DNA from: Basidiobolus ranarum
Lineage: Eukaryota
Reading direction: 5' to 3'
NCBI GenBank assembly: GCA_040143965.1
Contig: JASJQH010000036.1
Coordinates: forward strand, 1 to 41,762
Length of the DNA stretch: 41,762 bases
How positions within the stretch are numbered: position 1 is the first letter of the stretch; the number at the start of each line of letters is the position of its first letter. A program made the position numbers and the translations under genes. A model generated the notes under the pieces. The model saw only the letters and a list, made by a program, of their open reading frames with translations. It had not been told where the DNA came from and did no database searches. This document shows positions 26,402 through 38,771 of this stretch, in pieces.

Positions 26402-27401
26402 TTATCTTTCGGATTTGTTTTCCATTTGCAAAACCACTACCTTTTCGAAGTGAGTAGCATTCAAGAGCGAGTGATTCCCAGTTGATCTGGAGTTTGAGGG
26501 ACAAAATTCATAGACAACTTTGGATTGAGTTGTATTCGGAGAGAATCTATTTCTACATCTACCATCGTCCAACTCAAAATCATGCGCTGGTTCCAGGTTT
26601 TGGGTCTCTGTCAGAGCCTGCTTCACGCGGTACTCTTCACGAATCAACTCATCACAAAGCTTGGACAGGGCAATCCCTAAAAGATATATTGGTTAGTTAC
26701 TATCTGGTAAAATGATAGAAAAGATTGAGCTCACATCCTATAAAACGCGCTTGAAAAGTAACTGAAGGAGATATAAGATTGCAGATTAGCACCCCCAATG
26801 TGATGGCTATCATTCCAATCAAAAAGGCTATATCATTGGTGCCATAAAGGATATCTTCAAATAGCACAAGGTCATTGGCTTTACGGTGTTGAAGAGTTGA
26901 GAAAGTAGATATCACGAAGATGATCAAATACCCTGAGTCAATTATGACTGGTAATGTCTTTGATTCATACTGGTGGCATTTCACAATACCTAGCCAAGTT
27001 GGGTCTGCACTGAGCGTTGCTCCGACGTAAACACCCGCCGTCGCCAGAATCAACCCCGATGAAATCAAATTTACAAACCACCGAGTGGAAGACCGATGCT
27101 TCAATAATAACACAAGGCAAATACATAGCAGGGATAAACAGTGGGTAACTCTGTTGAAATAATAAATGAAGAGACAGCCTCTATCGTTCTGGAATAAAAA
27201 CAGAATCGATGCCGAGCAATTAGTTAATAGAAGTAAGATCTGAAGGAAGTTGAGATAGTAACGAGTGTCGTTTGTTGATTGGTTTCGGAATATTTGTATG
27301 GAAGCCCATACGCCGGTAAGTGTTGAAGGTAATGCTAACGAGTGAACGACAAGGAAGGTGTTTTGATAAAATAGCTCTTTGGAATCGAGTGCGAGATCCA
27401 T
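26402..27401 (-). CDS. Orphan multi-pass membrane protein (~313 aa, about 7 hydrophobic segments, polar C-tail), 1 intron
   Basis: The 233-aa hydrophobic ORF splices at GGAT|GTGAGC (intron 26734-26677, 58 nt, branch CTAAC, acceptor TAG) in frame into the 26402..26647 ORF (..FIGWIALSKLCDELIREEY..). The spliced length of 942 nt is divisible by 3. Confidence 0.7.
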
Positions 27402-28886
27402 CTCATAGGTTAACCTTGATGGCTAAAACCTTAACTTGTAGAATACTTATCAAGAGAATATCCAGTCACAGATCATTAACGCCCAAATCGCCTCTTATAG
27501 TAGATCTACACAAGAGTAAAAGGTGAGTCAACACACATCCTGAACTAGAATAGTTCAATGACATGGTTAATGTATTGTTCAAGACAATAAGTAACATACA
27601 TCGAATCGGAGGTGGCCTTTTCAGGTGGCACTTTTTTCTGAGAAATTATAGGAGGTTTTACCACCAATTGCCTGGGAATTTGGGACGGATTCGGGCTGGT
27701 ACTACCTCTAGGTTCGACGCTGAATTAAAATTAGGAATATATAATCCAATTTAGTTGCCAATGTAAGACTTGATTACATTTCTGATGAATCTCATCTAAA
27801 ATAGTAGGCTTATAACCACCGAATTGAGAATATGACGATAATCGCATTATTGAATGAATCTTAAAATGGTTGCTAGAAAACCAATGTTGAACATGGATAT
27901 TATTTGCAAGACATGTTTCATCTTTGTCTTTTGTTTATGCTCCGCTTAATGAGTATGCCAATTTTTGGAACTAATTTCATTTGGAAACTTCTTTGGAGTC
28001 ATTGATGGTTTGACAACTGACCGGACTTCAACAATCTTGACACCGTTTCCCTCCTTTCCCATTCTGCACTCAGAAATATCTATATAATAGCCATATTGTT
28101 CATGTATGTGGCTTAAGCTAGGGAAGCGTTGGTTGACGTCCATCTACATACTAAAACGTTCTCAATTGGTTAGACTTGATGTTTCCAGCTTGCCAGGAAT
28201 CAAGAGCGATTTGACCATTTATCCTGAAATCGATTATGTCCACTATTGATGCTCCCATGTATAGTGACTGCTATTTGGTGATGTATATTAAGCTGCATTA
28301 CCTAACTACGGCCAGAATCCCTATCCAGCATCTATAACCGCAGTATTATCAGAAGTTCGTCGGACTTAGTTGTCATGCTCGTATGATTGGATACTATTTT
28401 AAAGCTGACGGAGGTGTACCAGGCTGATCCGGAGTTGTTTAGTAAAACCCAAGTTATCCACTAGAACTAGGTAGTGCTCTAGAAAATCCAGATACTTGGG
28501 GGTGCTGGATTCGTACACAGTAATAAATAACACAAAATTATTACATCTTTTTAGCAGTGAAGTAGCTTGCACATTATATCGCGCTGTATATTCACTTGAA
28601 TATTTTATGGATATTAGTATTTTACGTCGCATATGATAACTAACTGGTATAGCAATCGAAGGCAGATAGTCAGAAGTCATTAAACTAACTAAGGTAGGAT
28701 AGAATGGAAGTAATAGTTGTAGATCTCCATGATTTTCACAAAGTAACATATTTATCATAAAATTGCAATATAACTAGATTAAAACATGTGATAAGATATC
28801 CGGTAGGGGGGTCTATGAAATTGTTAACCATATCCTAAACCTTCGAAGTTACCGACAGACCAGAAGTTACCTTTGGGGAAATAAAT

Positions 28887-29826
28887 TTAGCAGGCACAAT
28901 AGCCGGTATCTTCTTCGGTATTTCCTTCGTTAAGTTTGACTGAAGATGTCTGAGTTTGTTTTTGCCATAATGAAGGAGTATCGATGATCTGATATACGTA
29001 AACATACAAGCTATCAGATTCTGGAAATATGTGATGATGACCCAATAAATAGTGATTACCTTACGAACAAGCTCTTCCACTGCTTGATGAACACCAACTT
29101 TGGTCTTAGCTGAACACTCTATAAATAGTGTTTGCATCTTCTTGGCGTACTCAGCCCCTTCTTTACGACTAACAGCACGAGAAGACTCCTGTTTCAACTT
29201 CAATTAGCCTACACACAACAAATTCCATTTATTGCGAGCGATCATACCTTGTCAACCTTATTGCCAACAATCATCTTAACCACATCTTTACTAGAGCAAT
29301 ACGTATTCAGCTCAGCGAACCACTGATCCAATTGCTCAAAAGTATCTCGGGCTGATACATCGTAGGCTAATGAGTGGAGAATCATTAGCATGTGAAATTG
29401 ATTATCACAAGGATTCCCAATTAATACCTAGGATCACTCCTTGTGCTCCCCGATAATAAGATGAGGTTAAAGTACGGAATCGTTCTTGTCCCGCTGTATC
29501 CTAAAAATTATCGAATAGTATTTGTATGATGGAATTTGAACTGTTGCAGAGAAAAGAGAATCTCACCCAAATGGTAAGTTTGTATTTTTTCCCATCAACT
29601 TCCATGACTTTAACCTTAAAGTCGACGCCTACATAAACAACGTTGAGTTAGTTCAACTTGGATAGTATAAAAACAGATATTATTAAACCGTACCAATAGT
29701 GGCACTGACTTCATCCTGTGGTAAGAACGTATCATCGGTAAATCGTAGTAGAATTGAAGATTTTCCTACACTTGAGTTACCGATCATAAGTAATTTCAAC
29801 GTAGCAGCAACTTCTCCTTCGGCCAT
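28887..29826 (-). CDS. RAB18: Rab18 small GTPase, 5 introns
   Basis: [98 protein letters not shown]-terminal CxC prenylation motif GYCAC, stop TAA at 28889-28887. Confidence 0.93.
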
Positions 29827-32281
29827 GGTATTGTAGTGTTACTATGTAAGCTTGGTTGTAGCGGTTGAAGTATGAATGAAGTTATGAAAAAGAATATTAT
29901 CTAATATGGATGCTGCTGAAGTTGAAGAAAGAGAGAGATACTAGAAAGAGTGTGAAAACGCAAATCGGAACCGAGTTGACTTTTAAAACGATAGAGTAGC
30001 CAGAAGGTGAAGGTTCAGAATAAAGGTAAAGAGGTTAGGCAATAACTGTCAATAACTTGTGGAATAGTAGTCAAGGAAGAACAAGATATCAAAAGAAATT
30101 CATGGTATCTGAGAAATCGAGGACAATATAAATGACTAACTTTTAGTCTGTTTTTTCGATTCCTTCGAGATAGTTATCGGCCACTATCAAGTTTTCGCAG
30201 ATCATTTTATGTATTTGAAATAACATGTTTCTATTCTTACCGTTGACGTTGCTCAGATCTCAGTATTCTGGTCACGATCGTCACCAGCTGATCAAGCGTT
30301 GACGGTGGTTTTTTCCACTGGTAAACGTTGAGAATACTATTGCCTATGAACGCAGCTAAAAGTAATCTGTCAATTATCAGACTCTTTGCTGATTGGTTTT
30401 TAGGCACTCAATGACGTAAAATTCGTGACCATATCTCCTTGGCCCAATTGCTATACACCAATATTGGCATTTGTTCAGCACTTTTGGGCATGATTCAGTT
30501 ACATATCCATGTGATAGGACTAGAATCGAGATAAATGAGATGTGCTTGGCATGTGATACTCAATGAATAGGATCGTAAATATTATCAGGCGTTAGGCTGC
30601 GCGCATGTATGATTATAAACAGAATAATGCACTTGCTCAAGTTTTAGATGGCATTGTTAACAGCGAAATACTGATATTTAATATCAAACTAGTTGCGTTG
30701 GTATTTAGCAGAGTGCATATGCATATTAAACATTAGGTTGTGTGGACCCTGATTATATGTTGCAAAGTATATCTAATTTTCCATCAATTAGACTTTCTCT
30801 GGCTATGGAGCGGTCTACAGTGCCTTATAGTAGATGGCAACGATATATACTTTATTCAAAGGATCACGGCAACTTCTCTGTTAGATGTTTTAAGGGTTCG
30901 ATCTGGTTGCACTTGGAAGGAACTTACTGAACCAAGTCATCGATGTAAAGTAGTTAAACGTTGACCATAATTAGGGCAGTGATGGCCAAATGAGTGCCAA
31001 GCCTCTCAAATCTAAATCAATGTTCGGGATGCTTACTAGATATTGACCTGTGGATATAGTCCTTGGCTCATCACCTAAGATATATGACGTTTGATCACTC
31101 TGCACTTCAATCACTCTTTTTGCCAGAAGAATCTAATTTATGCCACATTCTTGTGTTTCAGGGTTGGTCAGGCCGAGGAAGATAAGCAAGAAAGAGCATG
31201 TTTTCCCGAAGATTTAGTATGACTGACACGGCCATTTGTAGTCCTCATCTTCGCTCAAACCACTTCTGACAAATTAGTCAGATCTATATTGGCTAATAAC
31301 AGAGCCCTCAAACACATGTCAGGTGTCTGTGACCCTTTAGATGTAACAACTGCCCTACAGACATAGAGCATGAGTTTAATTCCTACTACTAGTTACTACA
31401 GCATTGCTTTTGCTGCGTCTAATCAGCGAGAAATGATTCCCATTCTCGCCGATTTCGTGCTATCAGTCATAGCATGGTGATTCCCTATCAGCAAGTGAAA
31501 CGAAGCCAAATTAATTTAGTGCCTGGGAAAGATATTAGATTGCGAGCCAAATTTAGTTACCTGGTTTTATCCAATTTACTATTTATCTAGTGACCCAGCA
31601 ATTGTGTAATTTACATCTAGAGCTACTTTCTTGTGACCTCGGCATCTCAGAGTTATGGTACGAAAAATATGGCATTCAGTTTTGTGGCGATCCACTAACT
31701 TCTCTTGGTCAAGCGTGATACCATCTCATACTATCCGTGTGAAGCGTTTGAAATGTTATGGCATTCCAGGTCTTACTTTATCTAATAAGCATAGGGAAGT
31801 AAATTCATGTAGTTCCTGAGGTCAGGTGCAAGAATTGGGCAGCTCTGCAGAGATAATTACCAATAACTGTAGAGTATTTGTCTTAGCGTTAATTCTGAGC
31901 ATCTTATTCACAATCAAGGATATAGAAATCAAACCTCTTTTTGGAAATATTTGCAAACATAAACCGGGTTCTAAGAAAAGGGGTAGAGTGTGAAGGGAGG
32001 TCAGGCGGGAGACAGCTCGGATTTTTCGCCCAACCTGCCAGAAACATAAAGCACATACACAGAAACACCATCATGATCTGACGGATTATGGTTGGCCCGC
32101 TAAAAGAGCTGGAGTATTTATGGTGGCTTCAGATTCTGAAACAGACCAGATATATCTTTCTACTGCCCAGGTTTTTCACTTTGAAAGTCTAACCTGATAC
32201 CACTTAACTATTCTAGCCTCTAAACCTAACATTACTTCCTCTTCTTCACTCATCCTTGCTTTTGTAACATAATTCATTCGA

Positions 32282-34083
32282 ATGTCTAGCTATGGCTCAG
32301 GGAGTCCCTCCAAGTATTCCTATCTCAGTGATGTAAGATTGCAAGGAAATGCTCGACAAACTAGTTCTGGTATTGACATTCCGCGTAGTAGTCGAGACTC
32401 TCAACTCTCTGCAGATGATTTCAATTATGGTAGCTTAGGTGCTTCCATTACTCACGACATTTATAAGAGCATTGAGCCACCGCAGAGACAAGCCAGATCT
32501 AATAGCTTCTCAGATACTTTGAACTCTCCTTATGTTAACTCGGAGAATAGGAGTGCTGTAAGCTTAATGAGAGAGCCGGGAGGATTTCGACGAGATTACA
32601 TTGTTAACAAAGCTCAGCAACAAGGAAAGGCACCTCCAGCTGTTGCAACTAGAAGCTTCATGGACTACATGTACCTTTTCAATCACTTTGCAGGTGAAGA
32701 CCTCGAAAGCGAGGATGAATATGAAGAAGAGGAAGAAAGCCCTGGTGCAGTTGAATCGGAGGGTAGCCGACGCCCCTTACTTGATCGTACTGGAGTTAGA
32801 AGCTCTCGAGCTACTTCGCAAGTACAAGGAACCGCTTCCTTATCAAAGGCCTTTTTCTTATTGTTTAAGGCTTTTGTAGGAACTGGAGTTTTATTTTTAC
32901 CAAAAGCCTTTGCTAATGGTGGAATTGTATTCTCAAGCGTTGTTTCACTGTTTGTAGCCTTTTTATCCGGTCTTTCTATGCTACTGCTAGTAAAAGTGCG
33001 AGATGTAATTCCTGGTGGTTTTGGTGAGATTGGTGGGCAGTTATTTGGACAAAGGATGAAGTATATGATCCTCTTTTCAATTGCAATTTCTCAGGTAAGC
33101 TTCCTTGTTTTATTGTAATATGCGAGGCTTTCTAATTCTTACACCTGCGCCAATAGATTGGATTTTCATGTGCTTACATGATTTTTATTGCTAAAAATTT
33201 GAGTGACTTGATACTTGCCATATCCAAATGTCAAGTGGTTATCTCTGATGAATTCCTAATTATGATCCAGTTGGTCCTCTATATTCCATTCTCATGGCTC
33301 CGCAAGATGAACAGTTTATCAAATGCGGCTTTAATCGCTAACACTGCCATCTTTTTCGGTCTAATATACATATACTATACAGACGTTTCGATACTAATAA
33401 AAGAAGGCCCTGCACCTCTTATGGCATTCAATAGTGAAAGCTTTGGTCTCTTCCTCGGTACAGCGTTCTTTACTTTTGAAGGAATTGGCTTGGTTATTCC
33501 CATTGTTAGTTCAATGAAAGAGCCCGAGAAGTTCCCTCAACTCTTAACTGGCGCTATGCTACTCATTTCTGCTATTTTCATCTCGGTTGGCTCATTGTCG
33601 TATGCAGCATTTGGCCAAGATGTCCAAGCCGTTGTATTGCTTAGTCTTCCCGAAAATGCAGTAACACAAACCGCACAAAGCTTGTACGTGATTGCCATTG
33701 CCTTGACTGTACCCTTGATGTTATTCCCAGCGGTTCGCATTGTTGAGAATGCATTATTCGGCAAAAAAACCGGCAAATATTCGATTAGAGTAAAAATCGA
33801 AAAGAATATTTTCCGAGCTGTTTTATGTGTATTCACCGCTTTTGTGGCATTGGGAGGTTACTCCAACCTTGATAATTTCATCGCATTAATCGGTGCTTTG
33901 GCCTGCATTCCGTTAGCGTTTATCTTCCCAGCTCTATTCCATCTGAAGGCTTTGGCCACTAAGCCTTGGGTTCGTGCGGGTGATATTGCATTATTAATAT
34001 TCGGTACTGGAGTGATGATCTTTGTTACTATTAACACTATTGCTACATGGGGCACACATCCTGCAAAGGATAGATGTTCTTAA
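32282..34083 (+). CDS. AVT3: Vacuolar amino acid transporter Avt3/Avt4 (Aa_trans/SLC36-like), 1 intron
   Basis: Avt3/4-type N-terminus ITHDIYK..EPGGFRRDYI..HFAGEDL plus an acidic patch. Transporter motifs: KAFVGTGVLFLPKAFANGG, FTFEGIGLVIP, PLMLFPAVRIVE, LIGALACIPL. Intron 33095-33156 (CAG|GTAAGC..AATAG|ATT). Stop TAA at 34081-34083. Confidence 0.92.
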
Positions 34084-37000
34084 AACAATTCTAACAAGTA
34101 TATTAAATAGGCTAATAATATTGTTTCAGTAACCTCATGTCCATCTTAGTCTATACAAAAAGGACATTGAATAATTTCCAACTATTTATAAGACTATATT
34201 CTACACACTATTTTAACCTTACACAGTCCACCTTCCCCTCTCCCTTCTAGTACAACGGTTTAACTAGTATTAAATCTAATCACTGGAGTAATTATCATTC
34301 CTCCACTTGCAGCCTTGACACGTTTGTACACCTAAAATTGTTTATTTCCCTCATCTACCTTCGTATGAATGCTTTCTTTTTGCTAGAAAAACAAAGAGTC
34401 AGAGTCGCAAATCACAGCAATACTAAAATGAAAGGTATCACCAAATAATAGTCATTTAACAATGCGGGTCGGTTCAACCATGAGTTTGAGTCGTGCACTC
34501 CGACTTGATGGCAAATAAACTTGTACCCTGAGAAAATACTCTAATTTAAGCTTATGGAATCTGTCATCTTTTCTATGTATCATGGGGATACACATCTATT
34601 GCGGGGATCGACTCATTAGAATTAAGCATAATAGTAGTCATCTATTGAGTAGTGAGCGCTAGATATAGGGGGATGCCGAACTATCATATAACAATAGTAC
34701 ATATATGCACTCTAAACTCTACCTTCTCATCGTAACTGGAATCGGCGTCTTTTGCAATTTCACAAATCATATTTTCCTCTAGGTAATTTTAGACAGCTCA
34801 GACATATATTTAATGTTTCGTGTAGGTATTAATAGCACATCTAGCATCTAAAACCTCAATTTTATAGCTTTCAAGCATGCTCATTGAAGTATGACTAGTG
34901 ATGGGCGATCTTCTCTATATCTACAACATACAAGCCTCACACCTTTGTAACATCAAGGGAAAGTTATTTTTACTATTGATCTGCGTTCGTTTGCGTCATA
35001 CTTCTATCACATTTCTTGGGATCTAAACGTAGGATTTAAGACTTGAATACTGGTTATTTCTGAGTCCAAGCTACCCAAGTATTTCACGAGTCTTGTGAAA
35101 GCTTGGCTTACGTATACAAGTACGCGAATCTGAGCCTTCAAGTACGACAATACGCTGACCATATGTGTTTGTGATTGGGAGTATGTTGCAAATTAGTTCG
35201 CCCTGTGTGATGTACTAGATTGTGTTTTGTCAATAAGAATATACTTGGCATTACGGTTTGGAAGATGCCCAAAAGGTGGTTAGTAACAAATATCTCGGGT
35301 AATTAGGTACCAGCATGTCTCTACATCACCCGACCGACAGATTGCCACTTACATAATACTCACAGCCAATGGATTTGTACAGCCGTTGGATCAATAGCGC
35401 AGAAGAAGCGTGCACCTCCTTGGCTTACGATACAATTACTCATTGTATCAAAACCCAGATCAACCCCAATGGGGTGTAGCAACCTGTTAGCAGGTGCCAA
35501 TCAATCACATGTCTACCGATTCGTGATAATAACACTACTCCTACGGTTATGAGAATATAATTGAGTGACTAGCGTTTTATTATTACCTAAAGAGTAACCG
35601 CCACTATTTAAAAAGCTACCCATTATGAAGATATCGCTGAGTCAATTATCAGACCTGTTCCACTAAGCTAGGGGTTATCGGACCTGAGTTCATTATATTA
35701 TATTAACATTGATTGAAACTAATCAGACTAAAGGATGGCGAAAGATCGAGCATATTCCTTAGATTACATCCAACATCATAAAAACAAAAAGTACTATCCG
35801 ATTCAATAATATGGAGAAATCCATTCTACTGACTTGCCCATTGCTATGTCTCACACAGTCAGTAGTTCAAAATTACAGATTTCCTTGCGGACGTGTTCCA
35901 GCAAGTGTTTCCATTTTTTGTTACGTATTTCGTCTCAAACCTGGCTAGCCCTTAAACTATTCAGATCACTCTCATGATATCAAATTATTGTAACAAACCA
36001 TTCATTACAAGATATCCTCTCTAAATCAGTTTAGGTAAATGATAAGCCACAGAATTGCAGTACGTACTCGGACAAATGAAAACCCTTCTTCGCCGCTTGA
36101 AGTGTAGACAGAAAGTGAGAGTGGTAAAGTTCCAAACTATAACTATTCGGCAAAACTCAATTTGATTCTCCTGATTAATACTACTGAAACGTATATATCT
36201 AGAATAGATCATAGTCTGTACTTGAAGACTCCATCAGCTCTGATCAAGTCACAAAACAATCTACCTCTGGATCAGATAATACCCAGCTCAAACATGGTTT
36301 TTATGGACGAAAATAATGGACTCCTCTCTTTATCTAACCAACTTATGGGTTGGCGGGGTGCTACAAATATGATTGTAAATCGCTCTGTTTCTCCTTGTTG
36401 TTCCTACTGTAGACTTACTTGATTATCCTTATGTTGTTCTCAAACCAAGTTACACGATAGATGAATATGTTGCCTAAAATATACATCACCTTAATATCCG
36501 TACATTAGTAAGCATGACAAGCTGATGCTCAAATAGTGTTTAAGACACTACAGATGGCTATTTCCTGCTCATATTGCAATTTCAAGACAATCACTTTCCA
36601 CGTGATTGTTCCCCTCTGTACTGTGAATCATGTACACTTTCTCAGAGATATCGCTAGTACTGTTACAAACGTATTGAAGCTGCAGCACCTCAAGAACATG
36701 TCCATTCATAGTCGAACCCAGAAAATAGGTCATCCAGTTGCGTTTATTAGTGAACTAAGCTACCCAAGCAAAAATACTCCTCATATATCAATGATGAGGA
36801 GGTAAATCGTAGATAGTTAATATGGAAGAGATAGGCAGGCTGAGTGCACCTTAGTAGAGCAGTCATAACTCATATAACCTATTAAGAAATAAAATGAGAT
36901 TTGATTTTCTCCGGTACGCACGCCTTACCAATGTGCATACAAAAATGATATAATATCTGATACTAGTTAACCAGTATCTGACCATTTAATAGCTCATCGC

Positions 37001-38771
37001 CGTCACCATTCCCAAGTCAAAGGTCAATCAAAGCCTCGTGATAATTGAAGTTGATTGGTATGAAGACTTAATCATAATTGTTAGTCATAGGGTACGATTG
37101 GACCTCGCATGCATTACAAAAAGCATGAACAACAAACTTTCGGCTCATGAGACCTCTAAAAGGAAGCTACAAGCTCTGAAGACTTCCTTCATCAGTCTCT
37201 TCTATTCAAGAATGAAAGTGAGTGATTGGTCGGGTTTGCTTTTACACAGATGAAACTCAGAACTGCAAGTCGATTGAATGTCTTTGAAATATCAAACTCG
37301 CCTTTCAAATATGATCCGAAGTAGCAATCTTTGCTTTCCAATGCGGACATGTTGTCAACAATGGTTCGCTTGAAATTTTTCTATACAAGATTCTCTTGAA
37401 TCAATGCACATTCATTCAGAAAGTAGAATTCCACTTCAGTTCTTCCGCATTCATCGTCCAGGGATCCTCTTTGGGCAAGGATCAACCCAATTCCTGAAAC
37501 AAGTCAACCTATTCGCAAATAATATTCATTCTGTCTCAAAGAAAAACATCGCGCAATCAGAAATCGCACCGCCTCCATTTCTTCCTCAACTCGAGATATG
37601 CGTTATTTTCGTACCTCAAGTGTTTTACGCAAACTGGAGTGATCACGCCAATGGATTGCCATGGATGTAATGATGCCAGGCCTTTTTACCCAATTAGGTA
37701 AGTATAGATTGATACAAGAAAGCAGTCAACCCAGGAAATAACAGAGCGATGTCACCTGGATTGAGCATGATTTGATTTTAAAGTTTTCCAAAATCAGTGA
37801 TGGAGGAAACAATATCCTAATTCCCAACTGAATGAATCAAAACCACTCATTTCCTGGGCATTCATTCGCTGCACTGGCCGGCAACGATCAATATACAATC
37901 ATTTGATTGCTATCTATTATGCTTTTGTATAATCAAGCTTCTTGACGGGTATCGCAGGTCATCCTTGGTTAGTCTTGTGTTAGTATAGGGTTCGTTATCA
38001 TTATACAGTGAAGCTTAACACGGACCCAGTCTGAAATACCGGCCGTACATAGGACAAGTTGTTGGATGGATCTTCTGGCGATTATTTTCAGGTTGCGAAT
38101 CATGTGTTATCCCGATATCCTTGATAACTAAGGCTACCATTGGAGTGAGAATGCTCTCGTAGAAACAAGAGGAGTATAGAAGAGCCCTGGTAATCAGCTT
38201 GTTGGGGAACATTGTTTCAAAACTGCCTTTGGGTCCATTCCAAAATGTGACTATTTATTACTACTTATACTCTAAGCTTCACTCAACCTGCACGGTTCGA
38301 GCGCTCCTTGACTTCAACCTAGCCGATGGTCCAAAAATACCTACCAATCAGCACACTACCGCAGAGTACCTTCCCCATCGTTACAAATATTAGAATGCTT
38401 GTAACTTTAAATTGACCATCCCATACAAAAATGGTTCTGAGTATTCTGAGTTTCTTAAGATAACAAAAGAGCATTCAGTTACTAAAACCTATAATCAACC
38501 AGGTGAGATAGCCAACTACATTACTACTATATTTGGAAAAAACTTGGCACATATATGCGACATTCGTGATTACTACCGAATCATAGAGTCTCAGTTTGGA
38601 AATGCAGTGGAAGGAGGTGAGTTCAAACCGTGGATGAATTTTATTAACTAGAGGCAGTTTTCTGGACTGCAATCAAATAAATATGAACAACCGCTCCCCA
38701 AATTCCTCCAACTTCAAAGAGCATTTTCGTATCCATCCTGCTTAGATTCTTTATACTCCAATCCTGTAATA

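Noticed and set aside
11230..34083. Two vacuolar amino-acid transporter-type genes (Vsb1-like, Avt3/4) in one window as a cluster
   Set aside because: They are 17 kb apart with unrelated genes in between, with no evidence beyond coincidence.
27700..38300. GGTTCGA T-loop-like words (~27711, ~30896, ~38294)
   Set aside because: No cloverleaf or acceptor stem could be formed, so these are not tRNAs.
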